Virus record (IMG/VR): IMGVR_UViG_3300049015_000083 | Coordinates: 1-31,849 of that record | DNA: 31,849 nt | Direction: 5' to 3' (one strand) | From: a virus | Taxonomy: Duplodnaviria > Caudoviricetes | Part shown: positions 1-8,961 of the stretch, piece by piece | Layout of the letters: every line of letters starts with the position of its first letter | How positions within the stretch are numbered: position 1 is the stretch's first letter | The notes under the pieces: generated by a model | Told to the model about the DNA's origin: nothing | Databases searched by the model: none | The model's input: the letters and a program-made list of their open reading frames with translations, nothing else | Made by a program: the position numbers and the translations under genes

Positions 1-626
1 TTATTTTCCCCACGCTGCCTCCACCGCCGCCAGTCCCTTCGCAGACAGCAGCCCCGCGCCCTGCCAGCTCCGGGCAAGGTCCAGCTCTCTTCGTCCGATC
101 CGGTTGCCCTTGGAGAGATTCGCCGCCGCTGGCATCGCTTCGAGGTTGTAAAACCGGGCGGCAAGTTCGGGCACGAGCGAAACGGGCAAGACGTGATCCA
201 AGGCGATTTCGTTCCCCTTGAATTTCCCTTGGAGAATGACCGGCGATCCTCCCTTTTTCAACTTAGCCAGTCCTTGTGGAGTGAAGCATTCAAAGGCAAC
301 CAGCTTGGAGTGGGAAAACGCAATCGCGGCCTTGTCGGCGGCGGCCCGCTTGGTGCCTCCGTAACCTGCGGCGGCTTGGGCGTTGTTCAGAGTGTCCAAA
401 ACTGGTCCCCAGCTTGGCGGGCCGTTTCAAGCCAGCCGAGAACCCGATACATGCGGGCGTTGATTGGCCGGTCGCCTTTGAGGGTGTCCACCTTGGCCGG
501 ATTGAGCAAAGGGGCGAGAATCTCTGTAGCGATTGCCTGCGGTGTCTCAGCAGCGCCGAAAATAGGAATCACCAGTACCGCAACATAGATCGGAAAGCAG
601 ACGGTCTTGAAGATTTTTGTGATCAT
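1..626 (-). pseudogene. Frameshifted secreted HNH-like protein, split into ORFs 387..626 and 1..399
   Basis: The 387..626 part has a signal-peptide-like N-terminus and the 1..399 part has an HNH-like motif (DHVLP...NLEAMP...NLSKG). The two ORFs overlap at 387-399 in different frames and read as one protein joined near GGGGACCAGTTTTGGAC. Confidence 0.6.
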
Positions 627-934
627 CTCCGCTTCTTAGGAACCCAAGCATTTATGATTCTTTCCGTTATTTCAAGGAGCAGGGCGGCAGGAACGGCGTA
701 GGGGATGTTGGGGCTGAGAACCAACCAACTCTTAATAATGAAAAGACACCACGATATGCGAGTGCGTAACATTCCCAGAGAACAAACCGCCCTTCTTTCC
801 GGCCCAATTGCGGGCATTGGTGCTGCTCCAATCAAAATAATGTTCCGACTGGAGAACTGGAGCGGTGCGACCGAACGGGCAAAATTATTGGTTGGTAGCA
901 AGGTTCCGCTGAAACTGAACGTGGTGGTTTTCAT
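623..934 (-). CDS. Hypothetical protein, possibly membrane-associated
   Basis: Its stop overlaps the next start (ATGA at 623-626) and the C-terminus is hydrophobic. No recognisable motif. Confidence 0.3.
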   Translation of the reverse strand: MKTTTFSFSGTLLPTNNFARSVAPLQFSSRNIILIGAAPMPAIGPERRAVCSLGMLRTRISWCLFIIKSWLVLSPNIPYAVPAALLLEITERIINAWVPKKRR

Positions 935-1068
935 ACGCTGGTGCCCGATTTTTTGGGCGAGGTGGTAAATTACGGGAGCTGGAACTGCCGAGTGAAGCTG
1001 TTTCGCAAATAATTACTCAGAACTCCTGCGTCCTTGACGCCGGTCGCGGAAAGTGTTCATTTGAACTC

Positions 1069-1326
1069 ATGAACGCCGCCGAGTCTTCATACGGTCTGTG
1101 CAACTGTCCCATCGGAGGCGGGGTTGAAGCCTGCTTTTTGTTCCGTTGGTACACCGCCAGGGGAATTCAGAAGTTCCAACCGCTGGAACCGGGAGAGTAT
1201 GACCGCGATCCGTTTAATCCGCGGACGTTCCGAAAGGATCGGGCAGTTCACCAGTTTGAAAAGATGACCCTGCCGAGCGATTGGGCGCAATCGGGGTGGT
1301 CGGATGTTTGGGTTCGCATCGAGTAG
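1069..1326 (+). CDS. Hypothetical protein (85 aa)
   Basis: ATG ORF with TTGACG about 35 nt upstream; plausible composition; no family recognised. Confidence 0.45.
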   Translation: MNAAESSYGLCNCPIGGGVEACFLFRWYTARGIQKFQPLEPGEYDRDPFNPRTFRKDRAVHQFEKMTLPSDWAQSGWSDVWVRIE

Positions 1327-1522
1327 GTGTCCCCCGATTCCCCCGCATTCGCAAAAATTCCTTCCCCGCATTCGTGCGGACTGATAGACCCTGTTCGGCA
1401 CAAACATTGACGTTCGAAAAACGGGGCTTCCATTTTCATTCGAATTTACCCAAGTTGATTTTAGGGCATCCACACCACCCTTGGCGAGGGTGCTCTTATT
1501 CACAGTTCGCTAGACAACAAAT

Positions 1523-1930
1523 ATGAATATTGATGACTTAAAGAATGGAGTAATCAACTCGCAGAAAACAGCGTTCGCCACAGCGGCCAATATCCACATG
1601 GAGCTTCCACGCATTCACGTGCCAACGCCTTATGTCCCAGCGAAGCACACTCATGATCGCTTGCTGTCATATATTAAGGACTTTGAAGACGGCTTGGATG
1701 GTGAGCATGAGGTTGGTGGCCGTCTGGTGAATTTTGGGGCTGGGACGGCTTTTCACATTCTGGACGTTGGATACTGGGGGCCTGACATAATTACGTTTAA
1801 CGGCATATTAGAGAATGGCAATCGCGTGCAGTTGGTTCAAAATATTTCCCAACTTAACGTTCTTCTCGTTGCTATGCCGAAGCTTGCAGCGGAACCTAGA
1901 CGAATCGGTTTTCGTCAAGAAGAAGATTAG
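1523..1930 (+). CDS. DUF6173 family protein
   Basis: Typical signature FE..LD.EHEVG.RLVNFG....FHI.DVGYWGPDIITF.G....GN.VQLVQNISQLNVLL.A......PRRIGF. Confidence 0.8.
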   Translation: MNIDDLKNGVINSQKTAFATAANIHMELPRIHVPTPYVPAKHTHDRLLSYIKDFEDGLDGEHEVGGRLVNFGAGTAFHILDVGYWGPDIITFNGILENGNRVQLVQNISQLNVLLVAMPKLAAEPRRIGFRQEED

Positions 1931-1986
1931 CAAACAGGCATCCGCCACTAGGCGCGCTGCCAGCTCTTGAACGTTAGCTCAAGAAA

Positions 1987-2682
1987 ATGAAAACATACAA
2001 GATGTCGGACCTGTTTACGTTTCTTGACTCAACCGGTCCAGAATCTAAGAGCGAGATTGTCCTGTTCCGGGGCCAGTCCAGCTCTGATCCTCTACTGCCA
2101 AAAATTGCCCGAAAGAATCCAAAGAAAGATTCCGCCAGTTTAGAGCGAAAGATGCTGATAGAGCTGCGCAGAATTGGTGGGGCTGCCTTCCCCCACAACG
2201 ATGAGACTGATCTTGATCTGCTTGTAAGGGCGCAGCATTTCGGCATGGCAACTAGGCTGCTGGATTGGACTTCCAACCCACTAGTCGCAGTCTGGTTCGC
2301 CTGCGCCTACGGCAAAAAGGATAAGTCAAGCTACGTCTTCTTTTTTGATCCAACAGATGAGAGTCCTCCCACGTCGAAAGATATTCAAGATCCGTTCTCT
2401 ACAAGCAGGACATCGATATTTAAGCCAAATCTGAATAATCCAAGGATAGTCGCTCAGGGCGGTTGGTTCACTTTGCATGCATATTCAAAGTCTTCGGGTG
2501 CCTTCGTCGCACTTGAGCGAAACAAAGTGCTTAAGGAAGAAATCTCACGATACGAGATTTCACCTAACGATAGGGATTGTATTTTGGACGATCTCAACCA
2601 CATGGGCGTCAATGCTCTGTCGCTGTTTCCTGATGCATCGGGGGTCTGTAATCACCTCAATTGGCTTCACGACATTAACTAA
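1987..2682 (+). CDS. FRG domain-containing protein
   Basis: Motifs LFRGQ, AQHFGMATRLLDWTSNPLVAVWFAC, NPRIVAQGGWFT and SLFPD. Confidence 0.92.
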   Translation: MKTYKMSDLFTFLDSTGPESKSEIVLFRGQSSSDPLLPKIARKNPKKDSASLERKMLIELRRIGGAAFPHNDETDLDLLVRAQHFGMATRLLDWTSNPLVAVWFACAYGKKDKSSYVFFFDPTDESPPTSKDIQDPFSTSRTSIFKPNLNNPRIVAQGGWFTLHAYSKSSGAFVALERNKVLKEEISRYEISPNDRDCILDDLNHMGVNALSLFPDASGVCNHLNWLHDIN

Positions 2683-2774
2683 AATGTAACGATACGTGCC
2701 ATTTTCCTCTCATGAATTCGGTCGAATTCACCTAAACTAACCCAACAGCATTGCCGCCATCACTGGCAAAATAA

Positions 2775-3476
2775 ATGACTACAAACGAACTTCAAGGCTG
2801 CCTCGGTCGTCTGAAAGGCTTGCGTACTACTCTTTCAGGGCAGACACACAGTAGTTCGGACATCCTTCGTAATTTTAACAGAATCGTCGAAAAGCTGAAA
2901 GACCTCACGGGAGAAGATCTTGGCGACTTCACGGTTTCACCTAGCCACGCTTACAAGTCCGCAGGGGGCGACACTCTGGTTAAAAGCTTCCATGTGCTGG
3001 AAAAAGTCAATGAGCTAATCGGTTACCTTGAGCTCGGGATGTCGCTAACGAATGAGGTGATTGAGGTTGGCACGCTTTACAACGCAATTGAAGATTCTGA
3101 GCTACGGGACCGATGTTCCGATATTCTTTCGGCACGAGGGAATTTTGACCGAGTGATCAATCAGGCCACCCAAGTGCTTGAGGACAGATTGCGCCGAAAA
3201 TCCGGTAGTGATCGCAACACTGTCGGCGTGAAGTTGGTTTCAGAAGCGCTTGGCGGTGATCCATCCACAGCTAGACTCGCCGTATCACCGCATGCTGACG
3301 AACAGGAAGGAATCACGCATATTCTTCGCGGGATTATGGTAGGTTTCAGGAATCCAACCCATCACCAGTTGGGCTCGTCGATTAGCCGAGAGCAGGCATT
3401 GAAAATCTGCTGTTTCATCGATTTCCTGTTGGGTATTCTCGACACTGCCGCGGTCACCAACCGGAAAAAAGTATAA
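2775..3476 (+). CDS. TIGR02391 (Ymh-like) domain protein with a HEPN-like RxxxxH motif
   Basis: C-terminal VINQATQVLEDRLR...GVKLV...EQEG...G...FRNPTHH is characteristic of the family. Confidence 0.8.
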   Translation: MTTNELQGCLGRLKGLRTTLSGQTHSSSDILRNFNRIVEKLKDLTGEDLGDFTVSPSHAYKSAGGDTLVKSFHVLEKVNELIGYLELGMSLTNEVIEVGTLYNAIEDSELRDRCSDILSARGNFDRVINQATQVLEDRLRRKSGSDRNTVGVKLVSEALGGDPSTARLAVSPHADEQEGITHILRGIMVGFRNPTHHQLGSSISREQALKICCFIDFLLGILDTAAVTNRKKV

Positions 3477-3608
3477 GTCTCACAATCCAAGGATGGAAGA
3501 GGAGCGCGAGAATTAACGCCATCAAAGTAGTATGGGTAAAGAACAATTGAAGAATTAGTGAAATGGAAACCCGGAAACCGCATCTCGACATAAAACGCAA
3601 TTTAGAAA

Positions 3609-4487
3609 ATGGGTAGAATGAAAGAACATTGGGCGGAACTCGCTTCCGAGCGAGCAGAGGAGCGAACTCGGTTGCGAATCGCAGAGAAGCTCGGTATCAG
3701 TCCGAATGGGCTTGACGACGTTGATTGGGAAGTCGTTCCAGATCAAAATAAAGATGGATTTATCTATGGTTATTACGTGAACTTTACGGAAGACTCAAAT
3801 TCCGATGTCCTAGAAAGAATTGGTGCGAAACATCAGACCCTTTACTTGGATCATCATGAGGTGGATGAGGATGATTATTACGACTATTACGATGAAGAGT
3901 CACTTTGGGAAAGGAAGTCAGATTCTCATTTTTTGGATTTCCGAAATGCTATCATGAACATACGGCGTCTCGTCCGAATAAATGTTTCAATATCCGAGCA
4001 GTTTTCCCTGTTTGTAATGCTGTATATGCATACCGCTTCGTCTTTTGAGCATCTCCTTTATCGATGTTTTCAGCACGAAGTCACACGGAGCAGTGAACGC
4101 ATGAAGAAATTCGTGGAGACTAATCCTAACTTCAAGGATCAAAAGTTTTCCCTTTCTGATATATTTAAAACAAGAGATGATCTGGAAGATATTGTTTCAA
4201 AATATATTAATGAAGTGATTTTTCATGCGCTTCCAAAAGTAGTTAAGATGTATGGAAGTGTGCTGGAGTTCAAGTTCGGAGATTGCCGGTGGATGGCTCG
4301 CGCATTCTTGCTTCGTCATGATTGCGCGCATCGCGCTGGTCACACTAAGGATGGTGGAAAGATTGAACTATCGGAGCAGATCATTCTGGATTTGGCAGCG
4401 AAGTGCGAAGAGTTCGCGGAGCGCCTCGAAGGTCACATAGAAAAAGTGAATGCCTCTAAATCGTTGGAAGATTCTGAAGATTTGTAA
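3609..4487 (+). CDS. HEPN domain protein (putative RNase/defence effector) with an acidic N-terminal domain
   Basis: RxxxxH motif in LLRHDCAHRAGHTKDG within a helical C-terminal domain; low GC. Confidence 0.75.
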   Translation: MGRMKEHWAELASERAEERTRLRIAEKLGISPNGLDDVDWEVVPDQNKDGFIYGYYVNFTEDSNSDVLERIGAKHQTLYLDHHEVDEDDYYDYYDEESLWERKSDSHFLDFRNAIMNIRRLVRINVSISEQFSLFVMLYMHTASSFEHLLYRCFQHEVTRSSERMKKFVETNPNFKDQKFSLSDIFKTRDDLEDIVSKYINEVIFHALPKVVKMYGSVLEFKFGDCRWMARAFLLRHDCAHRAGHTKDGGKIELSEQIILDLAAKCEEFAERLEGHIEKVNASKSLEDSEDL

Positions 4488-4529
4488 TCCAACAGCTTTT
4501 TGAATCTGCCTTATAAGTGCCGCATCCAT
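4488..4529 (-). pseudogene. Possible 5' remnant of a phage lysin (MDAALIRQIQKAVG...), truncated at the HEPN gene end
   Basis: TTGAC-N14-ATG motif precedes the ATG at 4529. The first 14 codons resemble a peptidoglycan-binding-domain start, then the frame runs antisense into the HEPN gene. Confidence 0.35.
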
Positions 4530-4544
4530 GGCAGACGGCGGGCG

Positions 4545-5441
4545 TCAAATTCGGTGCGCACCGAAAATCGCCTCCAACACGGGAACCGTTATCGTGTTCC
4601 CGAACTGCTTTCTCGCTTGGTTGTAGCTTACTGGAATGACGAAGGACTCAGGGAAGCCATGCAGGCGGGCGCATTCCCTTTCTGTGAGCTTCCTTGGATT
4701 CTTTCCGACCTGCGGAATCAGTTCGTAGCAACTGCTAGTCAAAAGGGTGGTGCAGCAGTCGATCAAGAGCTTGTAGCCAAAGCCGTTTCCCCGCGCCTTC
4801 ATCCGTGCCTTGTGGGCTTGAGCCTTGCGCCAAGACTCATCGGAGAGGGTGTAGAACGCTCCAGGGGAGGTTTCGAGCACGGTGGAGAGATGAAGCGTGG
4901 CTGTCCCTTGAACGGGAAGCATGACTTGCGGAAGGTCCTTGCGCGTTCCGAGGCAATACACCCTCTCGCGGTTCTGCGGCACGCCGAAGAACTTCGAATT
5001 GAAGACCTTCAAATCCAGATTGTAGTCCTCGCCGAGGCGAGCAAGCACCCCGTCCAGAAACGGTTTGAACTTCTTGCTCAAAAGCCCCTTCACGTTCTCA
5101 AAAAGGATATACGACGGCTTCAGGTGGTCGATAATGTCGAGCGAGTAGTTGACGAGGGCGGTCCTTCCTCCTGATAAGTTTCGCTTGCCCATCATCGAAA
5201 CGTCCTGACAGGGGAAACCGAAGACGTAGAGATCCACTGGCGCGAGGTCCGTTGGATCCAAACTCGTGATGTCTTCATACATGGTCTCGCATGAATGGTT
5301 GGCCAAGTAGGTCTTGCGTGCCTTCGGGCAAATGTCGCATGCCCATTTCACATCGTGGGGGATTCCCAAATTCTTCAAAGCCTGTTCCGGCGCTCCAATG
5401 CCACTGAAAGTGGTTCCAACTGCTAATCTCTTATCTGTCAT
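4545..5441 (-). CDS. DNA (cytosine-5)-methyltransferase
   Basis: Motif I FSGIG, catalytic GFPCQ, ENV, QNRERVY and C-terminal ECARLHGFP...QFGN. Confidence 0.95.
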   Translation of the reverse strand: MTDKRLAVGTTFSGIGAPEQALKNLGIPHDVKWACDICPKARKTYLANHSCETMYEDITSLDPTDLAPVDLYVFGFPCQDVSMMGKRNLSGGRTALVNYSLDIIDHLKPSYILFENVKGLLSKKFKPFLDGVLARLGEDYNLDLKVFNSKFFGVPQNRERVYCLGTRKDLPQVMLPVQGTATLHLSTVLETSPGAFYTLSDESWRKAQAHKARMKARGNGFGYKLLIDCCTTLLTSSCYELIPQVGKNPRKLTERECARLHGFPESFVIPVSYNQARKQFGNTITVPVLEAIFGAHRI

Positions 5442-5460
5442 CCCCTGGCGGGGATGTCAA
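5442..5460 (-). promoter_or_regulatory. Representative of the repeated WTTGACR late-gene motif (TTGAC-N14-ATG)
   Basis: Other copies (GTCAA on +) begin at 4544, 6974, 9764, 11261, 12251, 12746, 13200, 15906, 17308, 19761, 22607 and 25580. Confidence 0.7.
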
Positions 5461-5462
5461 AA

Positions 5463-5525
5463 TCAGCAGAGGCAAATTAGGGGCCACAGGACCAGCCAGC
5501 CGAGCATGGCAAGGAAACCGATCAT
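5463..5525 (-). CDS. Candidate 20-aa hydrophobic micropeptide MIGFLAMLGWLVLWPLICLC
   Basis: ATGA overlap with the stop of 5522..5902; it fills the gap up to the TTGAC motif at 5456-5460; no charged residues. Confidence 0.5.
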   Translation of the reverse strand: MIGFLAMLGWLVLWPLICLC

Positions 5526-5902
5526 TTCGTTACTCGAAAGAACCGCCAGCCGAACAATCTCACGGCTCCATACACCGCCGACCGCGTGAACCAGTCCACG
5601 CCGCTAGCGGTCATCGCTTCCAGAAATAGCCTGTCGCTCTCAGCCCGCGTGAAGCGGTCATTCAGCGGCGAATACAAAAAATCGTGAACAACGGCAGACC
5701 CAAAATAGGAATCAAGGGGAGAAAACAGCGGCCAAATAATGCGCGGGCAACTTGCGCCGTCCGTGGGGAATCCGCTAGGAACAGTTATTGTTCCTTTGCT
5801 TGAGATATATCGGAATTTACTTTCCAATATAAAGACGCGGGAGCCGCGAGAGATGCCGCCATCTATCAAAAACAACCTGTCGGGAAACTTCAACGTCTCC
5901 AC
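5522..5902 (-). CDS. DUF1353 family phage protein
   Basis: Motifs ITVPSGFPTDGASCPR, AVVHDFLY, ADRLF-like ESDRLFLEAM and YGAVRLFG. Confidence 0.88.
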   Translation of the reverse strand: METLKFPDRLFLIDGGISRGSRVFILESKFRYISSKGTITVPSGFPTDGASCPRIIWPLFSPLDSYFGSAVVHDFLYSPLNDRFTRAESDRLFLEAMTASGVDWFTRSAVYGAVRLFGWRFFRVTK

Positions 5903-6060
5903 TTGCGGACCATTGAAACGAACGTCCCCACGCCAACGGCGATCCCCACCAGAAGGGAAACCGTCTGGAGGTATTCGTTGATCACCGAAAGCGAGACCAC
6001 AATTCCCAAAAATGGAGAACCCGCGCCCACGATCAATTTGCCAAGGAGATTCTCTTGCAT
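5890..6060 (-). CDS. Holin-like small membrane protein (56 aa)
   Basis: Start re-assigned to the ATG at 6060 (TGATG overlap). Two hydrophobic segments and a basic tail RKWRR, located after the tail genes. Confidence 0.55.
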   Translation of the reverse strand: MQENLLGKLIVGAGSPFLGIVVSLSVINEYLQTVSLLVGIAVGVGTFVSMVRKWRR

Positions 6061-6959
6061 CAGTTCAGGGCAACCCATTTTTGGGGTGCGTCGAGGGTGC
6101 AAACGTAGACGCCCGTGTGATTAACGAAGGCAAATTGACCAGCTTGGCCCGATGTGCCGCCCCAATCGGGGCCGGCTAGTGATAACGACGGATCTTCGCC
6201 GGGCGAATACCACGGTCCTTTTGGATAGGTCGAATCGGTATCGCTGGCCATGCTCTGGTCGTTGATCCAGTCATAGTAATCCCAGCGGGAACTTGAGGTG
6301 GACCATCGCACAAAGCCGTTATTTGTCGTCACGGTGTAAGCCGGTTTGCCGTCCACATCGCTCATGTCCTTTGTGGCCTCAACCGTTACGGGAGTTCCTC
6401 CAAGCGACCACTGCATGCTAAAACCGGGACCGCCATTTGTCGGCGGCGAGAAAAGTTGAATCGGTTGGGGCCTGTAAGTTTCCAGCCAATCCAGCGGGGT
6501 GGGGGATTCCAGCGGAGTTCCTTCAACACCTTTCACTACGTCGTTGAAAATCGTGGCCGTGATCGTGTTCGTGCTTAACCACGTATCGCCCTCGTCATCG
6601 CTCCAAGTGATTTCCAACATGGCAGCGACGGAGGCAACGTCGTTGGTGTCGTCGTCATCGCCGCTATTCAAGAGGTCGTTCAGTTCAACGGTATTGAACG
6701 ACGGGGCCAGAACATAGGAGGTTTCCGAAATCGTGAAATCTGAAGCGGAAACCAAAAAGTCACCATCAAACTTGCCCGCCGCCTTGATCCCGAAAGTAAT
6801 GCTGCGGTCCTCGCTGGCGTCTTCTGCGGTGTTGCCCGTAACAAAAATGACTTCCACCTTCGAGGCATCACCGCGCTTGAACGATACGCCGTTCACAGGA
6901 GCCTTGAAGGCCGCGTCCGTGATGATTTGGTTGGTGTCGGAATCTACGTAGATCTTCAT
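6060..6959 (-). CDS. Tail/baseplate-associated or receptor-binding protein
   Basis: N-terminal KRGD..beta-rich BppU-like domain; last gene of the tail cluster. Confidence 0.55.
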   Translation of the reverse strand: MKIYVDSDTNQIITDAAFKAPVNGVSFKRGDASKVEVIFVTGNTAEDASEDRSITFGIKAAGKFDGDFLVSASDFTISETSYVLAPSFNTVELNDLLNSGDDDDTNDVASVAAMLEITWSDDEGDTWLSTNTITATIFNDVVKGVEGTPLESPTPLDWLETYRPQPIQLFSPPTNGGPGFSMQWSLGGTPVTVEATKDMSDVDGKPAYTVTTNNGFVRWSTSSSRWDYYDWINDQSMASDTDSTYPKGPWYSPGEDPSLSLAGPDWGGTSGQAGQFAFVNHTGVYVCTLDAPQKWVALN

Positions 6960-6974
6960 TCCAAACGGCCCATG

Positions 6975-7142
6975 TCAAAACCTGTTCAGGTCGTCGCGGC
7001 GGCGTTTGCAGGCTTGGCAATTCCGGATATCGGTCCCCAACAGGGCATCAATCACCTTTGCGATGGGCTGCGCGAACGCTTCCACGCGATCACCCAGTCC
7101 TTTTCTTTTGCGCGGCCTTTTCCATCGCTTCCGCTCCTCCAT
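6975..7142 (-). CDS. Small basic Cys-containing phage protein (55 aa)
   Basis: Start at 7142 (TAATG overlap); GLGD...IAK.ID......C..C.RRR..LN pattern. Confidence 0.65.
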   Translation of the reverse strand: MEERKRWKRPRKRKGLGDRVEAFAQPIAKVIDALLGTDIRNCQACKRRRDDLNRF

Positions 7143-8410
7143 TACTCTTCCTCCAGTTCGCAAATCTCGCCGGTTGAGGTCGGTTTCATGCCGAGTCTGT
7201 TGGAATGCCAGCAGACAACCATCATGTTTACGACCCGCACTTCCCCCGGTGCTTCCGGTGCCGCTAGATTGAACCAGCCTGAAAACTCGTCGCCGTCGTA
7301 TTCCCACGATTCGGACGAAACGAGAGATGGTCCGACAGTCGGTTCTGTTCCGGGATCGTCGGGAATTATCGGTTCGTCTCCCCGCGTTTCCGGGTCTTCT
7401 GCTTCCCACGCCTCATGAGCCGCTGTCGCCTCATCAAAAGCATTCTTTGCCAGTGCCCACGCGCCCCATTCGGCCGGGAAAAACACCTCATCCCATTCGA
7501 GTTCGTAAACGGATCGCTCAACCGGTTCCCTCGGTTCAGGTCCCCTCGTCTCGGGATTCTCGGATTCCCAATCGCCGTGGGCTGTTATCCATGCCTCATG
7601 TGCTGCGTCGAAGCCTGCGTATCCATCGGTTTCTGGAATACCAACACGATAGCGAATTTTTGTGAGCGAAGCGATTTGTTCGCAGCCTTCGGAATCCACA
7701 TTTTTGTAACTGGCGGCCGTGTCATTGCCTGCCAGAGAGCTTGGAAATGCAATGGTGTCGAGTTCCTCCAGCAGCACTGTCGAATCGATTGGATCGCTGT
7801 ATACGACGGATCGGGTGGTGTCGTTTTGATAGGTAAATGGCTTGGTGTCGTCGTGGTCCTCGGTGATGAGGCTGAAAGTTGAGGGGCTGGAAAAGGTCCA
7901 TTCCTCATCGGGAGTATCCACAGCGGCGGGGCAAACGTTGTATGGCTCCGGATCTTCCTCGTTGAATGTTCTGGACCCACTGCATGGGCTGCTCAGGGAC
8001 GACGACGAGGTCTTTACCGTCAGCTCATGGTTAACTGGTTCCGTGTAGCCCGTGAAATCGTGCGTTTCGGTAAAAGAGGTGGAAACGGTCCTCTCGGTGC
8101 AAACGTGGCCGGAATAGATATATTCCTTGGTGACTCCGATATCTGTGGTATAGTCGTTTTCGTTGCTTTGTGTCGCTCCCGGAAAACCCGAGGAGTAGGT
8201 CTGCTGGAAGAACGTTTGATAGAGGGAATAGGTTTGCGTTTTATAGATGATGCACGCCTCACCCGTTGGAACGTTAGGATGGGACGGCAATTCATAGCCG
8301 CAAGCATCGACTGTCAGCGATTCAGTTTCAAACCTCGGGGCGTCGCAAGCGGCCGGCCTACATGAGCAGCAGTTCGCGAGGTTGGCTTCTTGAAGGGTGC
8401 GGATGATCAT
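7142..8410 (-). CDS. Acidic tail-tip/structural protein with Cys-rich N-terminus and an internal repeat
   Basis: Translationally coupled on both sides; NCCSC motif; T/S/E-rich. Confidence 0.6.
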   Translation of the reverse strand: MIIRTLQEANLANCCSCRPAACDAPRFETESLTVDACGYELPSHPNVPTGEACIIYKTQTYSLYQTFFQQTYSSGFPGATQSNENDYTTDIGVTKEYIYSGHVCTERTVSTSFTETHDFTGYTEPVNHELTVKTSSSSLSSPCSGSRTFNEEDPEPYNVCPAAVDTPDEEWTFSSPSTFSLITEDHDDTKPFTYQNDTTRSVVYSDPIDSTVLLEELDTIAFPSSLAGNDTAASYKNVDSEGCEQIASLTKIRYRVGIPETDGYAGFDAAHEAWITAHGDWESENPETRGPEPREPVERSVYELEWDEVFFPAEWGAWALAKNAFDEATAAHEAWEAEDPETRGDEPIIPDDPGTEPTVGPSLVSSESWEYDGDEFSGWFNLAAPEAPGEVRVVNMMVVCWHSNRLGMKPTSTGEICELEEE

Positions 8411-8961
8411 CCCCTTGTGTGGCTGAAAGTTCCGTCACATTGACCGATGGTGATGAAGCCGCAGGCAACGGGTTCGAACGATGCCGAGCCAGATTCGACA
8501 GCAAGCTTGCCTATCGGGATGACGATGGAGCCGATGCCATCGGATACGTCGGGGCTGGTGTTGTCGTCATAGCTCGTTCCGTCCGTCCATGCCTTCTTGT
8601 GCCATGCTGGCGTGTCATCGGACGTTTTGATTCCTCCCAGAATGATTTCTCCGTCGTCATCGCGGTTGCATTCGCAGTCCAACTTGATGGAAACCAGCCA
8701 CGTTCCATCGGTTTCGAGGTCCAGTTCATAATCACCCACATTGAAATTCTTATCGCCGCAAAGGAGCGGGCCGCCCCGAATGTATGTTTCTCCCTCGCTC
8801 CTTGTGATTTCTCCGAAGGGACAGGGCGCGGAATCGGTCGCGGCAACCGTGAATCCTTTCTTGGATTTTGCGCGTTTGCTCATGGAGCGTAGCGTTCTAA
8901 CCACGTCGTTCGCCCATGCTGCCCGCAGCGGTTCCCCGCTTTTTACGAAATTCGGAAACAT
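8407..8961 (-). CDS. Tail-tip region structural protein
   Basis: Start re-assigned to MFPNFVKSGEPL at 8961 (TAATG overlap); position after the distal tail gene. Confidence 0.55.
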   Translation of the reverse strand: MFPNFVKSGEPLRAAWANDVVRTLRSMSKRAKSKKGFTVAATDSAPCPFGEITRSEGETYIRGGPLLCGDKNFNVGDYELDLETDGTWLVSIKLDCECNRDDDGEIILGGIKTSDDTPAWHKKAWTDGTSYDDNTSPDVSDGIGSIVIPIGKLAVESGSASFEPVACGFITIGQCDGTFSHTRG

